64,000 bases of DNA from a virus: IMG/VR virus record IMGVR_UViG_3300020153_000001, positions 1 to 64,000 of that record. One strand, given 5' to 3'. Within the stretch, counting starts at the first letter, position 1. Every line of letters begins with the position of its first letter. Shown here one piece after another: positions 27,340 to 36,473 of the stretch. Position numbers and translations under genes: made by a program. The notes beneath the pieces are model-generated. The model had not been told where the DNA came from and did not search any database. It worked only from the letters and a program-made list of their open reading frames with translations.

Positions 27340-28546
27340 TGGAAGCCGTCAGTCTATGTAAAAGCGCCTTTACCGATCTAATAATAGCTATAAACCTATC
27401 AAGTTCTTTATTTTGACCTTGGGAAGGATCCAATAGCGCGCTACCTCTGGTCGCCGGAGGTTTGTCTATTGTTGGTCGTAGCTGGCTAAGAGGCTGATTC
27501 TGTCCTGTCATAGCTGCTGCCTTACTGTAGATAGATGGTTTTGATATGGCCCACCACATATCAAGCAACTTGTACCATCCTTTACGAAACGTACCAATAT
27601 TTTTGTATTTCGATAGCTCTTCCACAAGCGGTATATGCTCGTTGTCGCCAGCTAGTATCTCAACAGGGTGTCGAACTATAGCTGGCGGATTTATTTGGAT
27701 ATTGTTCTCCCTAACGAACCTCTTCCATTTTGGCGTATCCGGAACAGGAAGAATGCCATTAGCAATAGCCGCGACAACGCCAGGAGTATAGTTCTCGGTG
27801 ACCCAGTTGTGGAACGCCCTAGTGGTCGCCTCGGCCGCTATTTCTTGTATCAATCGCACTTTATCTTTCTCGACGTCGCTAACGCGCGGATGCGTCTGCA
27901 GTTGGTACAGGCTGGTAGGTGATGTGGCATGTACAAGTTCGTGAAATAGCGTCTGCAAGAAACTTGCGCCTTGCATTGGCGACATCACTACAGTCGGAGT
28001 CTTCTTATCCACGAAGAAGAACCCCAACAGATTGCCCATGTTGGGGGCTTCCATGTATAGGCGGCCAATATCGAGATTAAACTTTTTCTTGAAATGACGG
28101 AAAGCCTGCCTTACTCTGGGATTAACGACGTACTTGTCGCCTTGTCTAATAAAATATGCATCAACTTCTTCGTGCGGCGCAATAACGTATTTTTGCCATG
28201 TGCTTCTTAGTTCAACATTGGGTGCGACGGCGTACTCTGGCAATCCCTTCCTCAGCTCGTCCGGGTCTATCTTGCTAATATCTTCGTCTTGTTCGTGGAA
28301 TCGCTGTTGCACAGCGCTCCACCATTCATCGACATATGTCGGATCGAGCTTTTCGACAACGTCGCGGAATAGGTCGATAACAAGGTTTATAGCTGCAACT
28401 TCCGCCGGTCTCTTGCCGTAGGTAAGCGCTATGCGAAGCTGCCGAAGGCGTTTACGCGCTTCGTCCCTGTTAGTGGAGCCTGCGACAATGCGGGCTGCTC
28501 TATCTCCGACTTCCTTAAGTAGTTTTCTCGTTGCAAGCTTTAGCAT
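27302..28546 (-). CDS. HExxH metallopeptidase-like protein (ImmA/IrrE-like), paralogue of 56740-57816
   Basis: FHELVH plus downstream QEIAAE; shares GxLPxPDxPxWK with 56740-57816. Confidence 0.7.
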   Translation of the reverse strand: MLKLATRKLLKEVGDRAARIVAGSTNRDEARKRLRQLRIALTYGKRPAEVAAINLVIDLFRDVVEKLDPTYVDEWWSAVQQRFHEQDEDISKIDPDELRKGLPEYAVAPNVELRSTWQKYVIAPHEEVDAYFIRQGDKYVVNPRVRQAFRHFKKKFNLDIGRLYMEAPNMGNLLGFFFVDKKTPTVVMSPMQGASFLQTLFHELVHATSPTSLYQLQTHPRVSDVEKDKVRLIQEIAAEATTRAFHNWVTENYTPGVVAAIANGILPVPDTPKWKRFVRENNIQINPPAIVRHPVEILAGDNEHIPLVEELSKYKNIGTFRKGWYKLLDMWWAISKPSIYSKAAAMTGQNQPLSQLRPTIDKPPATRGSALLDPSQGQNKELDRFIAIIRSVKALLHRLTASNVAESTTQHTTV

Positions 28547-28554
28547 AGCCGGCC

Positions 28555-29373
28555 CTACGGAATAATTCGGAATATATTTCGCATGTTTTTATGGTACTTC
28601 AACCGAAATACTTCCTCTAGGTACTTACGCTGAGCCTCCGCTAATGCTGTGCTATACTCTTGCAGCTTGCTATCGTTAATAGCAATACCAGCAGCCTGGT
28701 ACACGAGACTATTTTTACGATAGTGTTCTACAAGCATAGAATAGAGTTTTAGCTTGACGCCTACGATGAAATTGCAACAATCCCATATTGTGCTTGTCGT
28801 AACTGTAAGCGTAGGGACGAACGGCGCTGAGGTATTCCATTCATCAACAGCGGCTACCGCCGCCGTGCATATATCTGTTAAATTAAACTGCTTCTGGCCA
28901 AGAAGCTCATTTTCTATGTAGCTAGTGTCGAAAAGCTCTGTACGAACCCTAGAAAGCGGTGGGAACTCGGTAGGTTTGCTCTGATCGGGAGACGGATCCA
29001 GGTAGATGTAGTACTCTCTGGAATCGACCCATTTGTCGTCGCTGTTTATTATCTTGACAAGCACATCATACACGCCCGGCACGTTCTTTACGTCATCGTG
29101 CAGTGTAAAGGCTATTTTGCCGGCGGGCCTGTCCAAAATACTAACGTCTTTATGCCCGTCTAGCCAGCTAGTACTGCTACCTTCCTTGAAATAGGCTTTA
29201 AGCGTTGCCTGACCGTAAGGTCCAGAAGAACCTAAGTTGATCGGATTTCCGTTTTCGTCTCTGATAGTGGCTTCAAACTCAACATCCATGCCTGCCCTGG
29301 CGTGGAAGGCTGACTTTTTGGCATAAACGGGCTGTCCAAGAAATTGCGGTATCTCTTCTTGTATCCTAGCCAT
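28555..29373 (-). CDS. Putative head-tail adaptor with N-terminal BppU/Ig-like domain
   Basis: Start MARIQEE (29373). N-terminal DENGNPINL..AGKIAFTL..PGVY Ig-like pattern; helical C-terminal adaptor-like part. Confidence 0.55.
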   Translation of the reverse strand: MARIQEEIPQFLGQPVYAKKSAFHARAGMDVEFEATIRDENGNPINLGSSGPYGQATLKAYFKEGSSTSWLDGHKDVSILDRPAGKIAFTLHDDVKNVPGVYDVLVKIINSDDKWVDSREYYIYLDPSPDQSKPTEFPPLSRVRTELFDTSYIENELLGQKQFNLTDICTAAVAAVDEWNTSAPFVPTLTVTTSTIWDCCNFIVGVKLKLYSMLVEHYRKNSLVYQAAGIAINDSKLQEYSTALAEAQRKYLEEVFRLKYHKNMRNIFRIIP

Positions 29374-29377
29374 AACA

Positions 29378-29593
29378 CTAGCCCTTGCGTCCGAACTGGT
29401 CCTCGCCAAACACAGTGTATAGCAAGTCAAAAAGCTGTTTGCGTTCGAGACTATCTGTCTTAGACAGCTCTAGTTGATACAAGATATTGGCTATATGGAC
29501 CCTGTCGTCGGCAAGCTTCGTAAGATCAAACAAAGCTACCGGCTCGTCGTTTAGAGCCTTCTGTAGAATGTTATATCTATTATCTAGTGGCAT
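29378..29593 (-). CDS. Small hypothetical protein
   Basis: 71-aa ORF packed between genes on the coding strand. Confidence 0.55.
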   Translation of the reverse strand: MPLDNRYNILQKALNDEPVALFDLTKLADDRVHIANILYQLELSKTDSLERKQLFDLLYTVFGEDQFGRKG

Positions 29594-29629
29594 ATCACAG
29601 ATCCCGCTATGGTGGTAGCTTTAAAACTT

Positions 29630-29649
29630 TTTTGACTCCGGAGTCAAAA
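29630..29649. repeat. Palindrome copy 7 (perfect)
   Basis: Read directly; 1 nt after the TAA of 29651-30418. Confidence 0.95.
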
Positions 29650-29650
29650 A

Positions 29651-30418
29651 TTAGCTTGGTAATTTGATCCGGACATAACCTAGCTCGTCCACCCACAGCT
29701 GATAGTTGCTAAGACCCACATCTGAGGTCGGTAGTCCTTGTAATATCACGGTCAGCGGCGAGGCGGTTGCTGATATGGAAGATTTAGTGATAGCAACCGA
29801 CGACGTACCATCAGAAACGGTAACGCTATCGCCGTCGACAACCACCGAGGTATTCCCTAGTACAATCTCTATGCTTCCAGGACTACCGGTATTTATTGCC
29901 ACTGTAGACGACGATATTGAACCGTAGCTATTTGCTACAAGAGCTTTATTGGGAACGATGCTACCGGGCGTAACATTTAATACTTGGAACTGTTCGCTAG
30001 AAACGGAATTAACTTTACCGTCGCTTCCAACAACAAGCGCCTTATTTTCCGTCCAACTACCCGGCGTTGTGTCAATATAGGCAAACTGGGTACTATTAAC
30101 GCCGTTTACTTCGCCATTGTTATCTACGACAAGAGCTTTTCCAGTCGTCCACGTACCTGGCGTAACATTGAGCCTTACTAGTTCGTTCTGCCCGACCCCA
30201 GGCGCTACATTACCAGATGGGTCTGCGACAACGGCCGCATTCGCCACTATAGTTCCAGGTACGGCATTCAGGAGTTCCCCTACTAAATTACCAGCCGTGA
30301 TAGCTTTATTAGTGCCGGTAGGCGCCATAGAATGGTCGCTAACGTCGAGAATTTCTAGTTTGTCGTCGGCGGCAAGGTTGGCTTTTGTAAGCGCAGATAA
30401 TTCGCTAATTTTAACCAT
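29651..30418 (-). CDS. Putative virion fibre/decoration protein with ~29-aa repeats
   Basis: VKISEL N-terminus; three NVTPG/DTTPG..KALV repeats; ends with a LWVDELGYVRI motif. Confidence 0.6.
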   Translation of the reverse strand: MVKISELSALTKANLAADDKLEILDVSDHSMAPTGTNKAITAGNLVGELLNAVPGTIVANAAVVADPSGNVAPGVGQNELVRLNVTPGTWTTGKALVVDNNGEVNGVNSTQFAYIDTTPGSWTENKALVVGSDGKVNSVSSEQFQVLNVTPGSIVPNKALVANSYGSISSSTVAINTGSPGSIEIVLGNTSVVVDGDSVTVSDGTSSVAITKSSISATASPLTVILQGLPTSDVGLSNYQLWVDELGYVRIKLPS

Positions 30419-30468
30419 TGCGTGTTACTCCTAAGATAAAAAAATTACACAGACACGACTTTTCTTCT

Positions 30469-30477
30469 ATTATAACA
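30469..30477 (-). promoter_or_regulatory. Extended -10 promoter element TGTTATAAT
   Basis: About 50 nt upstream of the ATG at 30418 and just past a terminator. Confidence 0.55.
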
Positions 30478-30502
30478 TTGCTACATAATTAGTTCAGCAT
30501 AA

Positions 30503-30534
30503 ACGAAAAGGGCCGCGTTATTCTAACGCGGCCC
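30503..30534 (-). terminator. Intrinsic terminator
   Basis: 11-bp stem GGGCCGCGTTA/TAACGCGGCCC, then TTTTCGTTT on the minus strand. Confidence 0.75.
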
Positions 30535-30563
30535 AATACTGTCAGATAGCAAAGTCGTACTAT

Positions 30564-31046
30564 CTATTTTTCTAAGCTATTTAAGCATTCTGCGCAGGCT
30601 GGAAATACTCCATCTACTCTATATGAGCGCTCGTCGCATACGTCATAGGAGTTGCTAGATATAACTAATCCACATATCGCATTACCATCTTCCGATACAA
30701 CTTTAACTATCTTGTCGTTGTACTCCTCTAATCCTTTTAGCGATGGTACAAATACCTTATCTAAAGTAACACAGTCTACTAGCACCCAATATTTATTCGA
30801 CTCCTGGTCTAACCCCAAAGGTAACGTATACGATCTTGTTACATCGACAATATGGCTAGCCGATACAAGCCGCTGTACCGTCTCTTCTAACCGCGAAAGA
30901 AACGAGCCAAGCGTTCCGAGGCTTATATGGCATAGCCTGATAAGCTCTAGTACCACATCTGTCACACTATCGCCTGTAACTGTATCGCCAGAATGAAACT
31001 GACGCCCGGCGATATTCACGTCGGTGTTAAACGTCACCCTGGCCAT
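30564..31046 (-). CDS. Hypothetical protein
   Basis: 160-aa ORF with GGAG SD. Confidence 0.65.
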   Translation of the reverse strand: MARVTFNTDVNIAGRQFHSGDTVTGDSVTDVVLELIRLCHISLGTLGSFLSRLEETVQRLVSASHIVDVTRSYTLPLGLDQESNKYWVLVDCVTLDKVFVPSLKGLEEYNDKIVKVVSEDGNAICGLVISSNSYDVCDERSYRVDGVFPACAECLNSLEK

Positions 31047-31051
31047 TACGA

Positions 31052-31261
31052 CTACTCCGTCTCAATCGTTACCTTGCCGCTGCTTGCAAGTGCGGCCAAT
31101 AAAGCTTCTACTTTACTAATAACCTTACGCCGTCTGCGAAGCATGCCACGTTGGGACCTGGCAAACGCTTCAGCGTAGGAGTCGGCCTCCACAGTATAGT
31201 TTTGCGGAAACCGTCTTCCCATTATGTCTACACCACCAGGTTTTACCACCTTGAGTATCAT
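31052..31261 (-). CDS. Small hypothetical protein
   Basis: 69-aa ORF, tightly packed. Confidence 0.6.
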   Translation of the reverse strand: MILKVVKPGGVDIMGRRFPQNYTVEADSYAEAFARSQRGMLRRRRKVISKVEALLAALASSGKVTIETE

Positions 31262-31264
31262 AGC

Positions 31265-31531
31265 CTAGTCCCTACCGAAGAGAGTGCAAACGGCTTCGAT
31301 AAGTTTCGGATCATTATATGCAGAGCTATCCGCAGCGAACTTCTCCATTTCAGCGTTGCTGAGACGTCGAAGAAGTTCGCCAGCTTCTTCGCCGAGTTTG
31401 ATTAGGACTTCGGCTTCCTTCTCGTTTTCCGGAATGATACCAAGTTCCGCAAGCCTACGAAAGAAGGCAGGCTTAGCGTAGTTGTCGTCAATATATTCCA
31501 GAGCTTCGATAATCTTTTCTCTGTCGGGCAT
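31265..31531 (-). CDS. Small helical hypothetical protein
   Basis: 88 aa, AGGAG SD, directly after the MCP; contains EKFAA. Confidence 0.7.
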   Translation of the reverse strand: MPDREKIIEALEYIDDNYAKPAFFRRLAELGIIPENEKEAEVLIKLGEEAGELLRRLSNAEMEKFAADSSAYNDPKLIEAVCTLFGRD

Positions 31532-31561
31532 AGCGTTTTCTCCTGCAACTCGGGCACACGA

Positions 31562-32524
31562 TTACGTTACGTTGAATTTCGCGCGGGCCATAGCATAACC
31601 GTTAACAATGGCCGTGCCGATCTCTTCGTAGCAGAACCAGAGGATATTCCAGGCCTTGGTATCAACGAACATGGTGACGTCTTCCAGGCTATAGGCCTTA
31701 CCAAGACCTCTCGGATCGGCGAACAGGTAGTACTCTTGGTCAGGAACGAGATGTCGTTTAATGGTAACGACCCACTTAATATCCTCGAATTGGTCATAAG
31801 CGTTACCGCCAAACAGAACTTCCTGGCTACGCTGACCACCCAATTCCATGAAGTCCCACTTTCTGATTTCTTTGGCAGTAACGTTATTGACGACAATGGT
31901 TTGAGTCTCGAAGTGGGCCGGGGTGCTGGGCAGAATCTGCAAAGAGCTCACAAAGGTTTCACGGCTAAAGCCGCCGCTATAACCAACATACTGCACAACA
32001 CCAGTCATCGGACTGGCGCCGTTTACCGTGGTGCCGAGCGCACTATTGACGGCGGCAAAGAATCGGGAATCCTCCTGAGCCATTAGGTCCAGCACCAGCT
32101 GGTCAGTAACGACTTGGCGAATATCGTACTGATAGGTTCTCAGCAGGCTCTTATCGCACCACAGAGTCGGACTGAGAACTCTGTTGAAAGTGAGCAAGAA
32201 ACGATCACCGTGGACGAACCAGGCGCTGTTGTTGGTATTGTAACCAACGTTAATGGCACCGGGGCTGTTGGGCTCCTTGAACAGGATCACAGCCGGCACG
32301 TCAGTATTAACTTGCGGGGTCAGCTGGTCGTTGGTGATCGGCAAAAACGGCAGGAACCGACGCTGGACGCCGGTTTCACGAGCCATCAGTCGAACAAAGT
32401 TATCCAAATCCTGTTGGGCTGCCGCTTTTTCGTACGGATCGCCCATCAGTTGGTTAAATAGCGCTTCATTCAACAGTCTATAATCCTTAATGGGATCACC
32501 TGTTTTGACTGCAGGATCTGCCAT
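31562..32524 (-). CDS. Major capsid protein (HK97-like fold)
   Basis: 320 aa, GAGGAG SD, strong codon bias, DIRQ..QEDSRFF pattern; lies downstream of protease, scaffold and decoration genes. Confidence 0.8.
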   Translation of the reverse strand: MADPAVKTGDPIKDYRLLNEALFNQLMGDPYEKAAAQQDLDNFVRLMARETGVQRRFLPFLPITNDQLTPQVNTDVPAVILFKEPNSPGAINVGYNTNNSAWFVHGDRFLLTFNRVLSPTLWCDKSLLRTYQYDIRQVVTDQLVLDLMAQEDSRFFAAVNSALGTTVNGASPMTGVVQYVGYSGGFSRETFVSSLQILPSTPAHFETQTIVVNNVTAKEIRKWDFMELGGQRSQEVLFGGNAYDQFEDIKWVVTIKRHLVPDQEYYLFADPRGLGKAYSLEDVTMFVDTKAWNILWFCYEEIGTAIVNGYAMARAKFNVT

Positions 32525-32582
32525 AGTTTTCGTCTCCTCATATCTTAGAATTACAGTTGCAAGCTCGGTTTTTATCTAGTCA

Positions 32583-33203
32583 TTAAGAAGAGGTCTTCGG
32601 CAAGAAGTAACTCCAGAACGTGAGCACGTTTCTTCGCATAGCGTTCACGCCAACGGGACTAGTCGGATATTGGCCGGGGCCGAGGGCTTGATAGTCATAT
32701 CCCCAGTGCAAAGAAGCAATACCGCAAACCCAGTTGGTATAAAACGCACCGTTCGTAATAAGACCACCTACGTTGTCGCTATCCAGACGGACCGTAAGCG
32801 GTGTATTAGGCGCGTAGGTACCACTGGTGTAGTACTCCGTGGTCTGTAGTTCAAAACCACCAGTCGCCACGAGACCGGTTATCATACCGCCTGGCGAGGC
32901 ATTAACTTGGACAATGTTACCGGCGGCGTTTACGCCTGTATCCGAAACGTCATAGCTCTGGCCGCCTTGCAAGAGGTAAAGAGGCATCGGGTTTCCGGAC
33001 ACGTTGGTCGGAGTAGCCAAAGTGATAGTACCAGCGTTGCCGCCAGAACCGGACACAAAACCAACGCGCCCAGCAGGCCACGAGCTAATGGTCTGCAAAA
33101 GCGCGCTATCGACAGGGGCGACCTTTTGCAGATGAGTCGGCGGATTCCAGCCACGCACGACGTTCAATGCGTGATCGTATGCTTGAACAATCAGTCTAGC
33201 CAT
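32583..33203 (-). CDS. Head decoration/cement protein
   Basis: Gly/Thr-rich beta protein directly upstream of the MCP. Confidence 0.6.
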   Translation of the reverse strand: MARLIVQAYDHALNVVRGWNPPTHLQKVAPVDSALLQTISSWPAGRVGFVSGSGGNAGTITLATPTNVSGNPMPLYLLQGGQSYDVSDTGVNAAGNIVQVNASPGGMITGLVATGGFELQTTEYYTSGTYAPNTPLTVRLDSDNVGGLITNGAFYTNWVCGIASLHWGYDYQALGPGQYPTSPVGVNAMRRNVLTFWSYFLPKTSS

Positions 33204-33234
33204 CGTTATATTCTCCTCTTTAGATTGTTTTCAA

Positions 33235-33612
33235 TTATGACCGAGATAGAATCTTTTGTGCGAACTCTTGTGCTACCGGAAGATCATCTATCCGCGGGAC
33301 ATGGTCTACGGCCACACGCCGAATACTCTGCGTCGAACTTCCAACCGGCTCTCCAATAAACCCGGACGGACGAGCACTGGCCTTTTTGGCCATTCGCTCA
33401 ATAATCTCCAAGCTTCCTTCGTGTGTATTAAGAAGCTTAGCCGCGACTTCCCGTTGGTTCACAGTAATAAACGAGTTTGCAACCAAGGTGTCGACGATTT
33501 CCGGGACGCGTTTGGCCACCTCGGCCCGTTTTTCAAACTGCCGGGCAGCCCTTTTGGAGAGCTCGCTAACGATGAGGCCTAGGTTCTCTGCATATTCTGC
33601 AATTCTTGCCAT
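33235..33612 (-). CDS. Small head-module protein with K-x-A motifs
   Basis: LSKRAA, FEKRAE, AKKAS; GAGGAG SD. Confidence 0.75.
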   Translation of the reverse strand: MARIAEYAENLGLIVSELSKRAARQFEKRAEVAKRVPEIVDTLVANSFITVNQREVAAKLLNTHEGSLEIIERMAKKASARPSGFIGEPVGSSTQSIRRVAVDHVPRIDDLPVAQEFAQKILSRS

Positions 33613-33627
33613 ATTTATCTCTCCTCG

Positions 33628-34809
33628 TTAGTTTCTACTTTTATTATACAAATCCGCTATAAAGTCCTCAACGTGATCGCGGAGGCGCTTAGCGCGAGCA
33701 CGCTTCTCTGCGGGTAGCCGAGAAAGAGGAACGTATTTACCGCTCTTTAAATGCACTTCCGCGGACTTGGCCAGGCGATAACCCGTCCTACCGCCTTTTG
33801 ACGCGAGGTCGGTAAGACTTTCTCCTCTGGCCAGAAGCGCATCTAGAGTGGCCGAAAGGATTTCTTCGTCACTAGCGTTTTTTATTTCCTCCGGAGGAGC
33901 CGCTTCCTGCGCTGGGGCCGGAGAGCCGGCCAGCAATCGTTCCATGATTTCTCCTTTATCTTCGGGCGACTCTTCCGGCGTCTCCTCTTCTTCCTGCCCT
34001 TCCTCAGTAGGCTCTTCCTCCTCTTCTAGCGTTTCAGGACTACCTTGCTCGATAGGTTCACTTCTAGCGAGATCGACTATCGCATCAAGCAGTTTGTCTA
34101 TATCTTCGTTAGAAATAGCGGGCTGTTCTTCTTCGGGGGAAGTAGGAATTTCTGACTCGATCTCGTCTTCTTTACTTCTCCTTTCTTCCTCCTCAGCTTC
34201 AGGCTCTTCTTCCTCGGCCTCTTCTTCCTCGACACTCGCATCTTGGGCCAATTTCACCGAATACAATATGGCACCTACCATATTGGCCCGGCTTCTAGCG
34301 TCTTCGACCACTTTGTCTGCGACAATTCTAGATAGTATTCTCGGCGAAATCTCGCTAAGAAGATATCCACCGTCTTCGGATGCCTCTTTTACGAACTCGG
34401 CGATACTAGATGCATAGAATATAGCTGCGTCGGAAAGTTCGTTTGTGCTTGCTTGTTTTATATGGCTTTGCTTCTCGACGCTGGCAGGCGAGGAAGTAGG
34501 GCTATCTGTCGGCGTATCGGACGGTTCTGGGACGCCCTCGAACCCCGCAGGACCGGCAAGCAAATTCTCGGCGCCTTCAATAGTCTCCAGTTCTTTATCC
34601 TCGTCCGTGTCTTTCTCTTCCTCTTCGTCGTGGCTCTCGACACCGGACGGGATCGTATCCTTATTTTCCTGGATCAGTTCTTCGCCGTGTTCGCCGATCT
34701 CCGCAGGTTGGGTCTTATCGTCCTCGTTGTCGCCGATAGATGCTTGCTTTATTTTTCCCTCGATTATCTGCCGAAGAACGTCAGTCACTTCGCGCAAAGA
34801 TTTGCTCAT
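33628..34809 (-). CDS. Acidic scaffolding-like protein
   Basis: Start MSKSLRE (34809, GAGGAG). Very Glu-rich; lies between protease and MCP; IKQAS x2, VKEAS, VKLAQ, IKNAS. Confidence 0.7.
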   Translation of the reverse strand: MSKSLREVTDVLRQIIEGKIKQASIGDNEDDKTQPAEIGEHGEELIQENKDTIPSGVESHDEEEEKDTDEDKELETIEGAENLLAGPAGFEGVPEPSDTPTDSPTSSPASVEKQSHIKQASTNELSDAAIFYASSIAEFVKEASEDGGYLLSEISPRILSRIVADKVVEDARSRANMVGAILYSVKLAQDASVEEEEAEEEEPEAEEEERRSKEDEIESEIPTSPEEEQPAISNEDIDKLLDAIVDLARSEPIEQGSPETLEEEEEPTEEGQEEEETPEESPEDKGEIMERLLAGSPAPAQEAAPPEEIKNASDEEILSATLDALLARGESLTDLASKGGRTGYRLAKSAEVHLKSGKYVPLSRLPAEKRARAKRLRDHVEDFIADLYNKSRN

Positions 34810-34872
34810 ATTTTTCTCTCCTCGTTTAAGCTTCAAAGGTAAATCAGACAACAAACTACTACCTTAATATCT

Positions 34873-34902
34873 ATGATAGCATTTATAAAGCCGGGCGCTC
34901 AA
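34873..34902 (-). promoter_or_regulatory. Sigma70-like promoter TTGAGC-N18-TATCAT (TGCTATCAT)
   Basis: Lies between palindrome copy 8 and the scaffold gene. Confidence 0.5.
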
Positions 34903-34904
34903 TA

Positions 34905-34930
34905 CAATTTTGACTCCGGAGTCAAAATTG
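34905..34930. repeat. Palindrome copy 8 (core 34908-34927, extended to 26 bp); contains the protease TGA stop
   Basis: CAATTTTGACTCCGGAGTCAAAATTG. Confidence 0.95.
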
Positions 34931-36319
34931 CATGGAAACGGCCGCGGCAGCCATTTTCTTGAAATCGGGACTATCTATGTGGTTTGACAACACCGCTAAC
35001 TGATACATTGCATACTCGCACGCTAGCACCGGGCCTAGGGCAGCGTCTGCTTTATCGGCCAGCCTAACGTAGCCTAGACTGCTGGCACTCTTAACAGAAA
35101 GGTCAAAAGGTTTAATAGAGTAGCACAAGAGCGAGCTATCTAGCGATCCGGCGCATTTTGTCATTTCGCGTTGGACGTACGGATTACTTTCCAAGACGGA
35201 GACAACGTCAGCTTGTCGTGACAGCTTGGTAAATACACCCGGCAGATGATCTGTAAAGTCAGGAGCGCCTAACAAATCAGCCCAAACTTTAGGGGGTAGT
35301 AATATACCCAATCGGCCGGCCGCCGATAGCTGCTCGTATTTGTCGGCATCTTTTATAAAAACGCGATTTCCGCTACTCGCTACGCGGGAGATGTCGGCTA
35401 GTCTCCTTGCATAACTTTCGTCAAATGCCGCTGTTTTCTCAACTTCAGCTAACGTGACTAACGCTTTATACTGCTTCTTAACGGCTGACGACGGAAGAGC
35501 GTCAATATACCAGACAGGAAGCGCTAGTTTTATCCGCTCGGCAAGCTCTGCCCCAGAGATAACACGGCCAGAAGCTTCTGCCTGCTTAGTAAGCTCTCCA
35601 TATACGGCAATCGAATACGCTATTCTGTCGGCGGGACGAAGAACATGGGAGATATCGAACCACTCGCAGATGGGGTTTACGGCACATAGGGTATGGCCGT
35701 CGTCAAACGTTTTGCCTATGTTGTTCTTTAGCCCGCCGTACTTAACACATCGATCAGGCCCGCAGTACTCAAGCCTATTCCTGGCTTTGTTGCCGCAACC
35801 AGAACATACGTCGTACGGCACCCTGGTCGCCATGCTTACGGGTATATCCTCCCCTTTTGACAGAAGCTCTATTTCATCGTCGGCGACCAGTCCCTTATTA
35901 CGCTCTGCGGCTTCTTTAGTGCCGTTCAGGTATACTAAGAGCTCTATTCTTCCAGCAGGCTTATTGTAATATGACGCTTTTACAATGCCATAGCTACGTC
36001 TAGGGTCTTTATTGATGTGAGACCTGTAAAAGTAAGCAAACTTAGTGAATGTGGGATGGTCTCGTTCACAAGTCTCTGAAGGAAAATAGTCGCCGTTTTT
36101 ATTTGGACCGAAGTGTTCTCCGTCTCCAAGCGCTATAACATGGATAGGGACTTCGCCCTTCTTAGGCGGCGACTTTTGTAGCACATCTACAAAATACGCA
36201 GCCGCACGCTTTAGCAGCTGCTTCTTATCCTCCCCAACCAGCCCACGAGAAGCCACTTTAATAGCATATGTGACTGGCTCGTCAAAGGACTGGCTATTTG
36301 GAGGAACAACCTTGAGCAT
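34922..36319 (-). CDS. Prohead (capsid maturation) protease with Zn-finger insert and C-terminal extension
   Basis: PNKNGDYF, HINKDP, VSMATRVPYDVCSGCG and FDISHVLRPAD motifs; upstream of scaffold and MCP. Confidence 0.8.
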   Translation of the reverse strand: MLKVVPPNSQSFDEPVTYAIKVASRGLVGEDKKQLLKRAAAYFVDVLQKSPPKKGEVPIHVIALGDGEHFGPNKNGDYFPSETCERDHPTFTKFAYFYRSHINKDPRRSYGIVKASYYNKPAGRIELLVYLNGTKEAAERNKGLVADDEIELLSKGEDIPVSMATRVPYDVCSGCGNKARNRLEYCGPDRCVKYGGLKNNIGKTFDDGHTLCAVNPICEWFDISHVLRPADRIAYSIAVYGELTKQAEASGRVISGAELAERIKLALPVWYIDALPSSAVKKQYKALVTLAEVEKTAAFDESYARRLADISRVASSGNRVFIKDADKYEQLSAAGRLGILLPPKVWADLLGAPDFTDHLPGVFTKLSRQADVVSVLESNPYVQREMTKCAGSLDSSLLCYSIKPFDLSVKSASSLGYVRLADKADAALGPVLACEYAMYQLAVLSNHIDSPDFKKMAAAAVSMQF

Positions 36320-36473
36320 TTGTGGCTGCTAAAAGCTGACAGTTTGTTAAAGTAATATAGAACTACTCTAATTTTTGACTGCAATTAATAAGCGTGTAAC
36401 AAAACATAACACGCTAACATACAAGTTAGCACATAATCTGAGCGGAGCAGTTATCTACCGCGACATCAATTAA

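Noticed and set aside
33848-34867. Plus-strand ORFs (33848-34417, 34445-34867; also 30117-30434, 37862-38434, 44584-45072, 52364-52828)
   Set aside because: Antisense shadows of acidic or repetitive minus-strand genes; Ser/Leu-rich translations with no SD.
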